Below, piece after piece: positions 62,367 to 64,000 of a DNA stretch of 64,000 nt (positions are counted from its first letter, which is position 1; every line of letters begins with the position of its first letter). The notes under the pieces were generated by a model that did not search any database, was not told the origin of the DNA, and saw only the letters and a list, made by a program, of their open reading frames with translations. A program made the position numbers and the translations under genes. The stretch covers positions 32,019 through 96,018 of the forward strand of contig CAZPMS010000004.1 of assembly GCA_964588165.1 (NCBI GenBank), written 5' to 3'. This DNA is from an uncultured Gammaproteobacteria bacterium. GTDB lineage: Bacteria > Patescibacteriota > Patescibacteriia > UBA1558 > UBA10009.

Positions 62367-64000
62367 TTAAACTACTAAATTAATTAACTTATCTTTAATA
62401 TAAATTACTTTCTTAATTTTTTTACCCTCTAAATGTTTTTTAACGTTTGGCAAATCTATCACCTTTTTCTTTATGTCAGCTTCACTTGTGCCCCGTTCTG
62501 TTTTGATGCTTTCACGGACTTTGCCGTTTACCTGGATTACAATTGTAACTTCATCGTCAACTACCAACTTTTTATCAAACTCCGGCCATTCTTGTTTAAA
62601 GATTGAATCTTTATATTTTTTATTGTTATAGTTTTTTGAAAAACCACTCCATAGCTCTTCACATATATGAGGTGCGAAAGGAGAAAGCATGATTAAAAAA
62701 CTTTCAAAAATTCTCTGTTCTTTTTTAAAATCAACACAATGTAAATTTCTTGATTCATTTATAAAAATCATCAATGATGAGATGGCCGTGTTAAACCTAA
62801 TATTTTCAATATCTTCAGTTACTTTCTTAATTGTTTTATTAATTAAAATATTTAATTTTTTATAATTTTCTTCATCCTTTTCGATCATCGCTGGAGAATA
62901 AAGATCATTTGCCCTATCTCTAACCTTTTCCAAAAATCTTCTTATGCCAATTATACCTTTTGAGGACCACGGCTTGGAATCTTCCAAGGGGCCCATAAAC
63001 ATTTCGTACATTCTTAGGGTATCTGCACCATATTCTTCTACCACTTCATCCGGATTTATAACATTGCCCCAACGTTTAGACATTTTCCTGCCATCTTCTG
63101 CCAAAATAATTCCTTGGTTTCTCATTTTTAGGAAAGGCTCGTCAAAACTTAAATATCCCATATCTCTTAAAGCTTTTACAATGAATCTGGAATAGATTAA
63201 ATGGCCTACAGCATGTTCCATGCCGCCAATATATAAATCTATTGGCATCCAATATTTAAGTGACTTCTTGGAAAAAGCTTCCTTTTCATTTTTAGCATCG
63301 CAGTATCTTAAAAAATACCATGATGAGCAGACGAATGTGTCCATGGTGTCTGATTCCCTACGGGCTTGGCCGCCACATTTAGGACATTTAACTTTATGAA
63401 AAGTCTTTGATGATTTAAGTGGTGATTCACCAGTTGGTTTAAAGTCTACATCTTCTGGCAGTTTGACCGGTAAATCTTTTTCCGGAACCGGAACTGCTCC
63501 ACATTTATCACAATAGATAATAGGGATCGGTGCACCCCAGTATCTTTGGCGGCTGACTAACCAATCTCTGATTTTATATTGAATCTTTTTTTCTCCTTTG
63601 ACGAACTTGGTAATTTTATCTTTAGCTTCTGCTGATGATAAGCCATTAAATTTGTCTGAATTAATCATTTTACCCTCACCTGTAAAACCATAACCTCCTC
63701 CTTGTTTCATTGATTCAAAAACTTTTTCAAGATATCTTTTTTCAGCTTCATCGTATGACTCACCATCTCTTTGAGCAATCATATCATCTGGAAAATGATT
63801 ATTCTTAATATCTTCTATTGAATTTGGTTCAATAACATACTTAATAGAAATATTATTTATTGATGCGAACTCAAAATCCCGCTGGTCATGAGCAGGTACA
63901 GCCATAATAGCGCCGGTGCCATAGCCGGTTAAAACATAATCTGCAATCCAAACCGGTATTTCTTTTTTGTTAGCCGGGTTGATTACCTTAATGCCTTTAA
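62367..64000 (-). CDS. leuS: Leucyl-tRNA synthetase, C-terminal part. The N-terminus lies beyond the window. The ORF track starts at internal Met 63905, but the frame continues to 64000 (..GYGTGAIMAVPAHDQRD..).
   Basis: MAVPAHDQRDFEFA motif plus Zn-binding Cys pairs (CDKCG, CPKCGG). Manual extension of the frame upstream of 63905. Confidence 0.85.
   Translation of the reverse strand, partial: KGIKVINPANKKEIPVWIADYVLTGYGTGAIMAVPAHDQRDFEFASINNISIKYVIEPNSIEDIKNNHFPDDMIAQRDGESYDEAEKRYLEKVFESMKQGGGYGFTGEGKMINSDKFNGLSSAEAKDKITKFVKGEKKIQYKIRDWLVSRQRYWGAPIPIIYCDKCGAVPVPEKDLPVKLPEDVDFKPTGESPLKSSKTFHKVKCPKCGGQARRESDTMDTFVCSSWYFLRYCDAKNEKEAFSKKSLKYWMPIDLYIGGMEHAVGHLIYSRFIVKALRDMGYLSFDEPFLKMRNQGIILAEDGRKMSKRWGNVINPDEVVEEYGADTLRMYEMFMGPLEDSKPWSSKGIIGIRRFLEKVRDRANDLYSPAMIEKDEENYKKLNILINKTIKKVTEDIENIRFNTAISSLMIFINESRNLHCVDFKKEQRIFESFLIMLSPFAPHICEELWSGFSKNYNNKKYKDSIFKQEWPEFDKKLVVDDEVTIVIQVNGKVRESIKTERGTSEADIKKKVIDLPNVKKHLEGKKIKKVIYIKDKLINLVV

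Noticed and set aside
1-64000. CRISPR arrays, rRNA genes, transposase or integrase genes
   Set aside because: No regularly spaced direct repeats with unique spacers, no rRNA-like conserved stretches and no transposase or integrase motifs were found by eye. The tandem repeats seen (16-bp x2 in virB4, 14-bp x2 in rsmA, ggtaactggtaattggtaact at 24040) are too short and too few to be arrays.

Overview
Low-GC (~33%) bacterial window with CPR/Patescibacteria-like character: short intergenic regions, weak Shine-Dalgarno signals, GIY-YIG and four-helix-bundle small genes, giant Cys-rich surface proteins and VirB4-type secretion genes. Housekeeping genes recognised from motifs: lemA-htpX, clpC-like, comF, Fe/Mn SOD plus peroxiredoxin, two tRNA-Ser, one tRNA-Arg, recG, rpsF-ssb-rpsR, efp, rsmA(ksgA), tsaC(yrdC), an MFS transporter, and a leuS fragment at the 3' edge. 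Accessory content: (i) 1..4567, an operon of secreted proteins, one carrying a bacterial intein-like (BIL/Hint) domain. (ii) 16.7-26.6 kb, a type-IV-secretion-like operon (TrbC/VirB2-like, DsbA-like, TolB-like propeller, VirB4/PrgJ ATPase, VirB3-like). (iii) 26.7-42.3 kb, the most unusual region. It holds a standalone PPDK_N/PEP-synthase-type ATP-grasp protein, then eight tandem diversified paralogs. Each paralog has a ~380-aa variable N-domain fused to a conserved PEP-utilizer phosphohistidine swivel domain (GG.TCHAAIVSRE). A tandem-HAD phosphatase follows, and a THUMP methyltransferase overlaps the first paralog. I interpret this as a split rifampin-phosphotransferase (RPH/YvkC)-like multi-substrate phosphotransferase battery. 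(iv) 47-59 kb, a 2819-aa Cys-rich multi-CBM-like secreted giant, a VirB6-like polytopic protein and a Ca-binding-repeat protein. Also present: a family of five ~120-140-bp imperfect palindromic intergenic elements (TGTCATCC...GGATCCC...GGGATC...GATGACA) plus a 20-bp perfect palindrome CCTGCCTGCCGGCAGGCAGG. A GIY-YIG gene sits at the 5' end of tRNA-Ser(GCU), flanked by a 22-bp duplication of the tRNA 5' end. Three high-GC foreign mini-cassettes carry their own consensus promoters and terminators. An inverted-repeat motif recurs upstream of the paralog sub-operons and one T4SS gene. No CRISPR array or rRNA was seen.
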